From Dictyostelium discoideum (taxonomy: Eukaryota), in NCBI GenBank assembly GCA_000004695.1, contig CM000150.2:2560001-2624000 (forward strand): DNA of 64,000 bases, in the 5' to 3' direction. The translations under genes and the position numbers were made by a program. Below, piece after piece: positions 1 to 10,682 of this stretch. Positions within the stretch are counted from its first letter, which is position 1. Each line of letters starts with the position of its first letter. The notes below the pieces were generated by a model. The model saw nothing but the letters and a program-made list of their open reading frames with translations. It was not told the DNA's origin and searched no databases.

Positions 1-147
1 AAGTAGAAAAAAAGCCCACACTTCAACCCTCAACGATATGTGCAGACACTGGGGTGTATTCAGAGTCAAATTTTACCAAAACCATCCAAAGATAAATGAA
101 CTTCCAGACTGTATAAGAAACGACAATGACGAACCACTAAAACTGAA

Positions 148-219
<72 letters not shown>

Positions 220-500
220 ACTACTTAAATTGGAAGAGGGTTCGGAGCTGCTGGGGTTTGCCAGGCTTTGTTGAATTTGTATTTGTGAAGATCTTGATTG
301 GTGTTTTTTAGTATTGCTTCGTCGTGTTCGATTTTCTTTAGTGTGATGAATTTTTCAGTTTCGATGAGATTTGGTTATTCTGTTTCTATGACCTTTTGCT
401 CGAATTTTGGCTCTGGTTTGCTTTCATCAGTGTTGATTTCAATTACTATTACAAATAAAGTGGCTGAGATTGGGTCACCTTGTTTTATATAAAAACATAA
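1..500 (-). mobile_element. Possible 3' fragment of a poly(A)-terminated non-LTR retroelement (TRE-like) lying immediately downstream of tRNA-Lys; alternatively an unannotated ncRNA or UTR
   Basis: GC-normal, non-AT-rich sequence (1-152 and 218-500) with no convincing ORF on either strand, interrupted by a 64-nt pure T run (an A64 tail on the minus strand). The block ends 6 bp from the 3' end of the minus-strand tRNA. Dictyostelium TRE elements are known to target tRNA flanks and to end in oligo(A). No family-level match can be made from memory. Confidence 0.2.
153..216. repeat. T64 homopolymer (A64 on the minus strand)
   Basis: Uninterrupted run of 64 T read directly from the sequence. Confidence 0.95.
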
Positions 501-505
501 AAAAT

Positions 506-578
506 CGCCCAACGGGGGGCTCGAACCCCCGACCACCAGATTAAGAGTCTGGCGCTCTACCGACTGAGCTAGCCGGGC
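506..578 (-). tRNA. tRNA-Lys (anticodon CUU)
   Basis: The reverse complement reads GCCCGGCTAGCTCAGTCGGTAGAGCGCCAGACTCTTAATCTGGTGGTCGGGGGTTCGAGCCCCCCGTTGGGCG. It has a 7-bp acceptor stem (two G-U pairs), the D-loop AGTCGGTAGA, anticodon loop CTCTTAA (CTT at positions 34-36), T-loop GGTTCGAGCC, discriminator G, and no encoded CCA. It is near-identical to eukaryotic tRNA-Lys(CUU). Confidence 0.9.
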
Positions 579-861
579 ATTTTTATATTTATAAAAAAAT
601 TATAGCATCTATTTAGCTTCAATTTTTTGTTTAAATGATGATATTTTTCCCTCACGAACATCATATTTTTTAAATGAAAATGATGTTAATACAACAATCA
701 AAAAAATCAGAAATATTAATATTAACAATAAATTTGGAAAAATTTTCCAAAAAAAAAAATTTTATTTTTGAATTCAAAATTTTGAATTTTTTTTTTTTTT
801 TTTTTTTATTTTTTTTATTTTTTTTATTTTTTTAATTTGTCATTCTCTGTAATACAACAAA

Positions 862-1113
862 ATGTTAAGAAATTTAATTCAAGGTCTCAATAAGATCAAA
901 GTAGCTTCAACTGCTTCACCATCATCAATCATTAATAAAAGTAATTCACCATTTTTACAACAATTTTTAAACACTCAACCACAAGTTCAATTACCAATCA
1001 ACCATGAAGAATCAAATGATTTAGAATGTATGATGAATAAAACTTCAAGAAAAACTTTAAAAAAACATAGAAAAAGGATCAATGGTAAAAAATCAAATAT
1101 GAGAAGAAATTAA
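862..1113 (+). CDS. Hypothetical small (83 aa) basic protein with a presequence-like N-terminus
   Basis: Single ATG..TAA ORF. The N-terminus MLRNLIQGLNKIKVASTASPSS resembles a mitochondrial targeting sequence and the C-terminus is very basic (KTSRKTLKKHRKRINGKKSNMRRN). It shows less poly-N low-complexity than chance ORFs in this DNA. No domain recognised. Confidence 0.3.
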   Translation: MLRNLIQGLNKIKVASTASPSSIINKSNSPFLQQFLNTQPQVQLPINHEESNDLECMMNKTSRKTLKKHRKRINGKKSNMRRN

Positions 1114-1376
1114 ATATATAAAAATAAATTGGAAAAAAAAAAAAAATCAAAAAAGCTTTTACCCATTTACCCACAACCAATAATCAATTAAAACAATCAA
1201 AAGAAAAATAATATTATTCTTTTTTTTTTTCTACTATTTTTTTTTTTAATTAAAATATAAAAAATTAAAAATCAATAAATATAATCAAAATAATAATCAA
1301 AATTTTGATAAACATTGTTATTAAATAAGAGATTAATTTTTTCGTTTATTTTCATACTTAAATTTTATTTTATTTT

Positions 1377-1418
<42 letters not shown>

Positions 1419-1560
1419 CGTCAAACGAGTGATTAAATTTTTTTCGTTTTTTTTTTATTTTTTTTTTTTTTTTATTTTTTAATTTATCATTACAAATAAA
1501 TATCAAAAAAAAAAAAAAACAAGATATTTATTTATTCTATTTGGGTGAAAAAAATAAAAA

Positions 1561-2240
1561 ATGACCAGTTTTTTAACAAGTAGATTTGGTGGATTAGCAT
1601 TAAGAAATGTTATGAATAATAAAAATGGAATCAATTCATTTGGATTAAGATGTTTTTCAACAAATTCAGTGAGTGGATTAAGAAATATTGGTATTTCAGC
1701 ACATATTGATTCAGGTAAAACCACATTAACTGAACGTATTCTTTATTATACAGGTAGAATTAAGGAAATTCATGAAGTTAGAGGTAAGGATGGTGTTGGT
1801 GCTAAAATGGATTCAATGGATTTAGAAAGAGAAAAAGGTATTACAATTCAATCAGCTGCCACCTATTGTAAATGGGGTGAAAATCATATCAATATCATCG
1901 ATACACCAGGTCACGTAGATTTTACAATTGAAGTAGAGAGAGCATTACGTGTTCTTGATGGTGCTGTTTTAGTTATGTGTGGTGTAAGTGGTGTACAAAG
2001 TCAAACCATCACTGTAGATCGTCAAATGAGAAGATACAATGTTCCACGTGTTGTTTTCATTAATAAATTAGATAGAACTGGTGCTAATCCATGGAATGTT
2101 ATTGAACAATTAAGAAAGAAATTAAATTTAAATGCTATTGCACTTCAAGTACCAATTGGTAAAGAATCAAATCTTGAAGGTGTTATTGATTTAGTTACTG
2201 AAAAAGCTATGATTTTTGGTGAAAAAGGGTATTATTATTA

Positions 2241-2284
<44 letters not shown>

Positions 2285-2316
2285 AAAAAAATATATTTAT
2301 ACATATAAATACTAAC

Positions 2317-2353
<37 letters not shown>

Positions 2354-3899
2354 TTATTTTAGTACTGCACCAATTATTGAAGAAATACCATCAAATTTTG
2401 TAGAATTTGTTAAAGAAAAAAAAATGGAATTAGTTGAAACAATTGCAAATGTTGATGATGAATTAGGTGAATGGATGATTGAAAATGATTTTCCAAATAA
2501 TATGCCAGATGAAAAAACTTTAACAGCAGCAATTCGTAGAACAACAATTGCACGTAAAGTTGTACCAGTTATGATGGGATCAGCATTTAAAAATACAGGT
2601 GTTCAACCATTATTAGATGGTGTTATTAAATATTTACCATCACCAAATGAAAAGAAAATCATTGCATTGGATACATCAGTTAAAGATAAAGAGACAGAGG
2701 TTGAATTGGAATCAGATCCAAAGAAACCATTTGTTGGTTTGGCATTTAAATTGGAAGAGGGTCGTTTCGGTCAATTAACATATATGAGAGTTTATCAAGG
2801 TACCTTAAAGAGAGGTGATACCATTAAGAATGTAAATTTGGGTAAAACCATTAAAGTACCACGTTTAGTTAAAATGCATGCCTCTGAAATGGAGGAAGTA
2901 TCAGAGGTTGGTCCAGGTGAAATTTGTGCAATGTTTGGTGTTGATTGTTACTCTGGTAACACATTTACCCATCAAAATTGTTCATACACCATGACTTCAA
3001 TGCATGTTCCAGAGCCAGTTATGTCACTTTCCATTCAACCAAAATCAAAGGATGGTCAAGCCAATTTCTCAAAAGCACTTTCTAAATTCCAAAAGGAAGA
3101 TCCAACCTTTAGAGTTAAATCTGATCAAGAATCTGGTCAAATCATTATCTCTGGTATGGGTGAACTTCATTTGGAGATTTACGTCGAACGTATGAAGAGA
3201 GAATATAACGTTGAAACCGTCACTGGTAAACCATTGGTAGCCTATCGTGAAACCATTCAACAAAGAGGTGATTACAATTTCACTCATAGAAAACAATCTG
3301 GTGGTCAAGGTCAATATGCCAAGATGATTGGTTTCGCTGAACAATCTGAAAATGGTATGGAAAATGAATTTGTAAATGATGTCATTGGTACTGCCATTCC
3401 ACCTACATTTATTGAAGCAATTAAAAAGGGTTTCAAAGATTGTATTGAAAAAGGTCCATTAATTGGTCATCCAGTTGTTGGTGTTAAATTTGTTGTTTCC
3501 GATGGTAATACTCACAGTGTAGATTCAAGTGAGTTGGCTTTCAGAATTGCAACTGCTGGTGCTTTCAAAGAAGCTTTCGAAGATGGTGAACCAACCATTC
3601 TCGAACCAATCATGAAAGTTGAAATTTCACTTCCACAAGAATTCCAAGGTACAGTAATTAGTGGTGTAAATCGTAGAAAAGGTGCTATCGTTAATACTAC
3701 TACTCAAGGTGAATCTTTAACCTTTGAATGTGAAGTACCATTAAATAATATGTTTGGTTATTCAACTGAATTACGTTCAATGACTCAAGGTAAAGGTGAA
3801 TTCTCTATGGAATATTTAAAACATACAAATGTTTCTCGTGAATTATATAATCAACTTTTAGAAGAATATAAAAAGAAAAGAACTGAAGAAAATAAATAA
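1561..3899 (+). CDS. Mitochondrial translation elongation factor G (EF-G1); exons 1561-2228 and 2363-3899 (734 aa)
   Basis: The N-terminal presequence is followed by the GTPase motifs AHIDSGKTT (G1), DTPGHVDF (G3) and NKLDR (G4), then EF-G domains II-V through ...[12 protein letters not shown]. The intron (GTATTA..TTTTAG, phase 2, (ATT)n plus A-run) joins ...GEKG|[37 protein letters not shown] in frame. Confidence 0.9.
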
Positions 3900-4022
3900 A
3901 ATAAATTAAAATAATAAAAAAAAAAAAAAATAATAATAATTAAACAAATATTAAAATTGTGTTTTTAAAAAAAAAAAAAAGAAAAAAAAAAAATTTTATT
4001 ATAAATAATGTAATAATAACTT

Positions 4023-4157
4023 TTAGTCTGGTGGTAAATTAAATAATAAACTATCTATATTATTACTATTGTTATTATTACTATTATTATTATTGTTATT
4101 ATTAAATGTAATATTATTATTAATATTATTATTATTATTATTATTAAAATTATTTTG

Positions 4158-4244
<87 letters not shown>

Positions 4245-4999
4245 TTGTTGATTTTGTAAACCATTTAAATTATTATTTAAATTATTAATATTATCTTGAT
4301 TAACTACACTCATTGGTAATGAGATTGAAACGGCTTGTTTTACAAAATTTTTTAAGTATCTAACTTTATCTTTCATTAATTGATTTTCTTCAGTTAAGTG
4401 AGACACTTTGGAGAGTGCAGTTGTATTGGAAGCCTCAAGACTAGAGGCTTTTGATTCTAAACTATTTATATATTCTTTTTGACGTTGTCTAAATAGTTGA
4501 GCGGCTTCTCTGTTTTTTAATAATCTACGATTTTTCCTATCACCACCACCTGGAAAATCACCATTTTCATTATCACCATTTTCAAAATCTTCTTCATCAC
4601 TATCTGATTCTTCTGAATTATCAGCTAAATTAAATTTTAAAATTAAAATTAAAATAATAATAATAATAATAATAATAAAAGGGTTAATAATAATGATGAT
4701 AATAATAATAAAATTAATTATCATTTTAAATTTAAAAACTCATACAATAATCTAAAAGTTCTTGATTTTTTCTTTTCTTTGTATCTAGTACAGCTGTAGT
4801 GAAAGCAGATGAAGTATTTGTAGTTGATAAAGTTGGTGAAGTTGGTTGAGAGGCAGCATTTTTTGCACTCTTTTTTGCAGGTGGTTTCTTTTTAACAGCT
4901 GCTGTTGGTTTCTTTGATAATTCCACATCAATACCTAATTCTGCTAACTTATCTTTTTGTTTTTTATATTTTCTTGTTGGAAATTTTTGATTTGGTGCT

Positions 5000-5094
<95 letters not shown>

Positions 5095-5305
5095 TGTTGT
5101 TGTTGTTGTTGTATTTATAATATTTGTATCATTGTTTAAATTTGCCGCTATTGAATTATTTTGTGAAGTTATATTGAATGCCGTTTCATTATTATTATTA
5201 TTATTACTATTATTATTATTATTATTATTATTATTTACAGGTATTTGAAAATTTTGAGGAGTTAATTGAAAATTCTGTTGTTGTAATTGTTGTTGTTGCT
5301 GTTGC

Positions 5306-5336
<31 letters not shown>

Positions 5337-5400
5337 GCTGTTGTTGTAATAACATATGCAATTGTTGAATTTGTTGAATTGTTAATTGTTGATCATCCAT
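4023..5400 (-). CDS. bZIP transcription factor with poly-Q/poly-N tracts; exons 5400-4746 and 4624-4023
   Basis: Exon 2 encodes a basic region-leucine zipper, DRKNRRLLKNREAAQLFRQRQKEYINSLESKASSLEASNTTALSKVSHLTEENQLMKDKVRYLKNF. Exon 1 (MDDQQLTIQQIQQLHMLLQ, Q21 run, N-runs, KKRK NLS-like) ends ..LLDY with donor GTATGAG. The 121-nt intron has acceptor TTTAATTTAG, phase 1, giving ..DY|SDNSEESDSDEEDF. Confidence 0.8.
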
Positions 5401-5963
5401 TTTCTAAAAAAAAAAAAAAAACCATGAAATAATCTTTTTTTTTTTTTTTTTTTTTTTTTAATATTGTATTAAAGTATTAAAGAACGGAAAAGAATTTAAA
5501 AAATTTTGTTTATAGTCAAGATATAAATATCTTTTTTTTTTTGGTTTTATTGAAATAGTTATTTTGAAAAAAAAAAAAAAAAAAAAAAAAAAATTAAATT
5601 AAATTAAAAATAAAATAAAATAAAATAAAATTAAAAAAAAAAAAAAAAAAAAAATTAAAATTTAAAAAAAAAAATAAAAAAACTGCGACAATATTACGTG
5701 TGAGTGGTTAAAAATTTGATATTCCGACTTTAATTAAAAATTGTCTCGTGTGTAAAATCATTCAAAGAAAATCAAAAAAAAAAATTTCAGATTTTATATT
5801 ATTATTTTATTTTTTATTTTTTTAAAAAAAAAATAAAAAAAAAAAAAAGATCAAAACTCAAATTGAAAAAAAAAAATAAAAAATCAATTTCACAAAAAAA
5901 AAAAAAATAGAAAATAATCTTTTAAAATAAATTATATATATTTATATTTTATTATTAATAAAT

Positions 5964-6797
5964 ATGGAAAAAGAACAAGTTTGGTATATTACAGGTTGTA
6001 CAAGTGGATGTGGATTAGCATTGGTTGAGAAATTATTAAAGATTAAGGGTACAAAAGTTGCAGGAACAACAAGGGATTTAAAAAAGATTGAACAATTATC
6101 AATTTATAAGGATCAAAATTTTTTAGCATTACAAGTTGACTTGGTAAATAGTAAATCAGTTGAAGAATCAATTGAAAAAACAATTAAACATTTTGGAAGT
6201 ATTACTCATGTTGTAAATAATGCAGGCTTTGCTTTAATGGGTACTGTTGAAGAGGCAAGTGATAAAGAGCAAAGAGAGCAAATGGACGTTTGCTATTTCG
6301 CTCCATTAAATGTAATTAGATCAGTGTTACCACACTTTCGTTCAAAATCACATGGTTATATCTTTAATATTGGCTCTGGTGCTGGGTTTAGAGGTATAGC
6401 TAATTTGGGTGCTTATTCCGGTTCAAAATTCGCAATCACTGGTATTACCGAGGCATTACATGAAGAGGTTAAACAATTCTCTATTAATGTATCAACTATT
6501 GTTTTAGGCTATATTGAAACAGATTTCCATGAAGCAATTCCAGTGGCTAAAAATTTAATTGATTGTTATTCTACCCAAGCTTTTAGTGAACAGCGTAAAG
6601 AAAATTTAAAGAAAATTATTGGTGGTGATCCACAAAAAGTTGCTGATGTTTTAATTGATTATTCATACAAATCAAATTTACCTTTTAATATTTTCGTTGG
6701 TCCAACTAATCATTTCAATAATATTGAAACAAGAGCTAAAGAATTATTAAATCAAATTCAATTACAAAGAGAAAAAAATAATGTTCAAAAATCTTAA
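5964..6797 (+). CDS. Short-chain dehydrogenase/reductase (classical SDR), 277 aa, single exon
   Basis: ITGCTSGCGLAL (TGxxxGxG NAD(P)-binding), NNAG, and the catalytic S..YSGSK (YxxxK) motifs are all present. Confidence 0.85.
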   Translation: MEKEQVWYITGCTSGCGLALVEKLLKIKGTKVAGTTRDLKKIEQLSIYKDQNFLALQVDLVNSKSVEESIEKTIKHFGSITHVVNNAGFALMGTVEEASDKEQREQMDVCYFAPLNVIRSVLPHFRSKSHGYIFNIGSGAGFRGIANLGAYSGSKFAITGITEALHEEVKQFSINVSTIVLGYIETDFHEAIPVAKNLIDCYSTQAFSEQRKENLKKIIGGDPQKVADVLIDYSYKSNLPFNIFVGPTNHFNNIETRAKELLNQIQLQREKNNVQKS

Positions 6798-7415
6798 TTA
6801 TTAAAAAATAATAAATAAATAAAAAAAAATAAAAAAATAAAAAAAAATAATAATAATAAAATTTTGAAATGTATATATCTATTTTTTAATTCTTTTTTTT
6901 TTTTTTTTTAAAAACTTCTAGGTTTTTTTAAACAAGTTTTTTATTTTTATTTTTTTTGGTTTGTTCAAACAAATATTTTTATATATTAAAAAAATAAAAA
7001 GTAGATATATACATTGTCAAAATAAAATAAATAATAAATAAATAATTAAATTTTAAAATATATTAAATAAAAATGGTTAAAAAAAAAAAAAAAAAAAATT
7101 CATAAAAAAGAATGATTACATTCATTTTTTTTTATACATTATATCATTGTGTATGTATTTATTTATACTAATTTCATATTAAAATTAAATCATTGATATA
7201 AGTAAAAATAAAATGGAAAATAAAAATTTTAGTTTTTTTTTTTTTTTTTTTTTTTTTGTCATTTTTGGTTCTTGTTTTTGCCAATATTTTTTTCAATTTT
7301 TTTTTTTTTTTTTTTTTTAATTTTTTTTTAATTTTTTTTAATTTTTTTTTTTTTTATTTTTTTTTATTTTTTTTTTTTTCTTTTCTCAAATCAAAATACA
7401 TATAAAATACACACA

Positions 7416-7916
7416 ATGACAAAAACAGATGATATCCCAATTGTTTTCATTGAAAAGAAAAACATTCAAGAAAAGATTCTTGAAATTGATGTAGATAAAA
7501 AACATAAAGAAAGAATTGCAAAATCTTACGAATATATTGTTAATGCAGATAAAACATGTAAAGAACACCTTTTACTTCAAGAAATTTTGGTATGTTTATT
7601 TAATCAATCAGAAATTAATCATAGTAATAAATAAATAATAATAATAAACAATAATAATAAATAATAGTAATAAGTAATAAATAATAAATAATAAGTAATA
7701 ATAACTATATAAAAATAGTGATTTAAATAGTGATATTATTAAATCAATATCAAATTATCTTTGTTTATTAATTATTAATATCATCATCTTTTTTTTTATC
7801 AAATTTTTAAGGATCAATGCTTTTTCAAACAAAAACAATCATATATGAAGAATTGTAGACCAATTGTTATGGAATATTTAGATAAAATTTCAAAGATGGA
7901 CGAATCTCGTTTTTAA
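7416..7916 (+). CDS. Hypothetical small protein (92 aa); exons 7416-7589 and 7812-7916
   Basis: ORF MTKTDDIPIVFIEKKNIQEKILEIDVDKKHKERIAKSYEYIVNADKTCKEHLLLQEIL, then donor GTATGT at 7590. The 222-nt AT-rich intron ends TTTTTAAG at 7811. Exon 2 DQCFFKQKQSYMKNCRPIVMEYLDKISKMDESRF* is in frame and stop-free. No domain recognised. Confidence 0.35.
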
Positions 7917-8155
7917 AAAAAAAATAAATCAACAAAATGAAAAATATAATATATAATTTAAAATAAACAAAAAAACAAATTAAAAAAAAATAAAAAAAAA
8001 AAAGAATTAAAAGAATATAGTTGTAATGCAAAACAAGTTTAAAAAAAAAAAAAATACAGAATTATTTGATATTACACAACACATATATTTTATTATTTGT
8101 TTTTTTTTTTTTTATTTGTTTATTTTTTTTTTTTTTTGATATTTTTAATATTTTT

Positions 8156-9534
8156 TTAATTTTGTGGAGGATTTAAAGAGAAAACTAAAGAAACTTTATC
8201 ATCAGAAGCAGTTACAACTTTACCATCTAAAGTGATATCAAAATCTAAAATAGCATCTTGATGACCAGTGAATTGTTTAATTAATTGACCATTTCTTTCA
8301 TCCCAAACACCAATACTCTTATCAACACTACTACTAAATAATAATGGTTCATGTGGATGTGATTTTAATTTAGTTATTGATGATTTATGTTTAAATGTTG
8401 ATCTTTGTTGTAAAGTATTCATATCCCAAACTCTAATTGAACCATCTAATGAACCTGTATGACAAAAACTATTATAAAATAAATTTAAATTTAAAATTAA
8501 TAATTATAACTATTATTTAAAAAAAAAAAATATATTTATATTTATATATACCTTTGATTATGATTACTCATTGAAACAGCAACGATTGAATCAGTATGAC
8601 CATGAAGTTTACCAATAACTTTACCAGTATTTATATTTGAAAGTACAGCATAATGATCATCACCACCAGATAAAACTAATGTATTATCATTTTTAATATC
8701 TAAACAAGTGATAATTTTTTCATGGAATCCATGACCACTAAATGACATTATATTTGAAGAATCTTTTGGATTCCAAACTTTAATTGAACAATCTTCTGAA
8801 CCTGTAATAACTTTCTTACCATCTGGTGTAAACATACCACATGTAACTGGACCACTATGTCCTGCAAATGTACCCAAAATATCACCTTTTAATGTTGACC
8901 ACATAAATCCTAAACAATCTGATGAACCTGCTAATAAAATATTACCTTTTGAATGCCATTGAATCCACTATTTTAAATAAATATATATTAGTAATTTATT
9001 TATTTTATTTTATTTTATTTTATTTGTATTTTTTTTGAAAAAACAAATTAAATTACAAACCTCAACTGATTCAGTTGGACCTTCTAAATTTATAAGTAAA
9101 TTACCAGTTTGAACATCCCAAACTTTAACAATACCATCCATACCACCAGTTGCAACTAATTTACCATCATAATTGAATTCAATTGAACTAATTGAATCTG
9201 AATGACCTTTAAGTTGATGAACTTTTTCACCACTATTTAAATCCCAAAGGTAAGCTACATCATCACCACCACCTGTTGCAATAATATCTGGAAAAGTTTT
9301 ATTAATTGAAACACAATATACTGAATCTGTATGTTCAAAGAAACCTTGAACTGATTCATCAACTAAATCTTCTTCCTCTTCTTGTGGTTCGTCTTCATGC
9401 TCTTCATGATCTTGTTCATCCATCATTTCATCATCTTGATCTAATTGACCACCTTCAATTGCATATTCACCTGCTTCATCATTTGGATCATAATATTCAG
9501 CATCTTCTTCTAAATTACCATTTGGATCTTCCAT
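8156..9534 (-). CDS. WD40-repeat protein with acidic N-terminus, AAMP (angio-associated migratory cell protein)-like; exons 9534-9061, 8967-8552, 8468-8156
   Basis: An acidic N-terminus (DEAGEYAIEGGQLDQDDEMMDEQDHEEHEDEPQEEEED) is followed by about 7 WD repeats (..GHSDSISSIEF..VKVWD.., ..GHSGPVTCGMF..IKVWN.., ..GHTDSIVAVSMS.., ..GHQDAILDFDI..). Introns: GTTTGT..AAAATAG (93 nt, phase 0) and GTATATAT..ATAATAG (83 nt, phase 2). The junction peptides WIQWHSKGNILLAGSSDCLGFMWS and NHNQ|SFCHTGSLDGSIRVWD are themselves WD-repeat sequence. Confidence 0.85.
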
Positions 9535-9785
9535 TCTTTATTATATATTATTATTATTATTTATTAAGATTTATAATTAAAATTTTTGAAAAAAAAAAAA
9601 AAAAAAAAAGTTTTTGTTTGTCGGAATTTTTTCGTTCGTTATTTAAATTGAAAAAAAAAAAATAAAAAAATAAAAAAAAAATTATTTTTAAAAATAAAAA
9701 AAAAAAAAAAAAATTAATATTCTTTTTTTAAGAAAAGAATGATTGGATTTTACTCTCGATCAGGTCTAAATTTTAAAACATAATT

Positions 9786-9908
9786 ATGACAAATAAAAAA
9801 TTAATTTTTTTTTATTTTTTAATTTTTATTTTAAATATTGTGAAATCAATATCAATAAATATTAATAATAATAATAATAACAATAATTTATTAATAAATA
9901 ATTTTGAA

Positions 9909-10004
<96 letters not shown>

Positions 10005-10613
10005 TATGTTTTATTTAAACCATATGGTACAGATTCAAAATGTTTAAATGAAACTATGGGTGGATTAGGATTTATAATTCTTGGTAATAAATCATGTATT
10101 GCAAATAATGGTATAAGTTTAACAGTTAATATAAATGAACAACAAAAGAATTCAGTTGAAATTTGTAAATACTATAGTAATAATTGTAAAAATTTAATTG
10201 CATGTCAAATATTTATTGGAAATGGTGAACAGTGTTATGATCCATTCTCAAGTTCATTTTTTTATAATTCACCAATACCAGCATCATATACAAAAATGTA
10301 TATTTTAATAAATAATAGTATTATTAATAATAATTATTTTTCAAATGAAACAATATTTGGATATAATTTTAAACAATATTCACAATCATTAAGTCAATGT
10401 GAACCAGATTTAGAATTTCAATATAGTTTATTTATTACAAATAATTATATTTTACCAAATTTAAATTATCCATCATTAACACAAACTTTTAAATGTAATG
10501 AACAATTAAATATACCACAATTATTAATTGGTGAATCAATTATAAATATTAATCAAACTTGTACAAATTCAAATAATTTAAATAATATTTATAATTATAA
10601 AATTACATGTTAA
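9786..10613 (+). CDS. Secreted cysteine-rich protein of unknown function (275 aa)
   Basis: Signal peptide MTNKKLIFFYFLIFILNIVKS, then a coding (AAT)n poly-N tract and about 12 Cys in the mature part (CLNETMGG..CIANNG..CKYYSNNCKNLIACQIFIGNGEQC..). Several N-x-S/T sites. Single exon. Confidence 0.5.
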
Positions 10614-10682
10614 TGGAATAATAAATTTTATATATAATAATAATTTTTAAAATTAATTTTTTATTTTTTATTTTTTTATTTT

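Noticed and set aside
38-492. ORFs 38..274 and 298..492 (poly-F tail, G/S/V-rich)
   Set aside because: The poly-F is the T64 run; the second ORF is GT-rich low-complexity. The region is better explained as a non-coding element or retroelement remnant.
430-500. Possible external B-box downstream of tRNA-Lys (GGTGACCCAATC at about 455-466 on the minus strand)
   Set aside because: Only about 6/9 match to the GTTCGAATC-type ex-B box consensus; too weak to call.
767-778. Perfect 12-nt palindrome TTTGAATTCAAA upstream of the tRNA
   Set aside because: An A/T-only palindrome containing an EcoRI site. Palindromes of this length made of A/T are expected by chance in AT-rich DNA; no supporting context.
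4055-5432. Plus- and minus-strand ORFs encoding poly-I, poly-Y, poly-V and poly-Q (4055..4264, 4905..5120, 4957..5139, 5178..5432)
   Set aside because: Alternative-frame or opposite-strand readings of the (AAT)n/(CAA)n tracts inside the bZIP gene; pure homopolymer translation, no start context.
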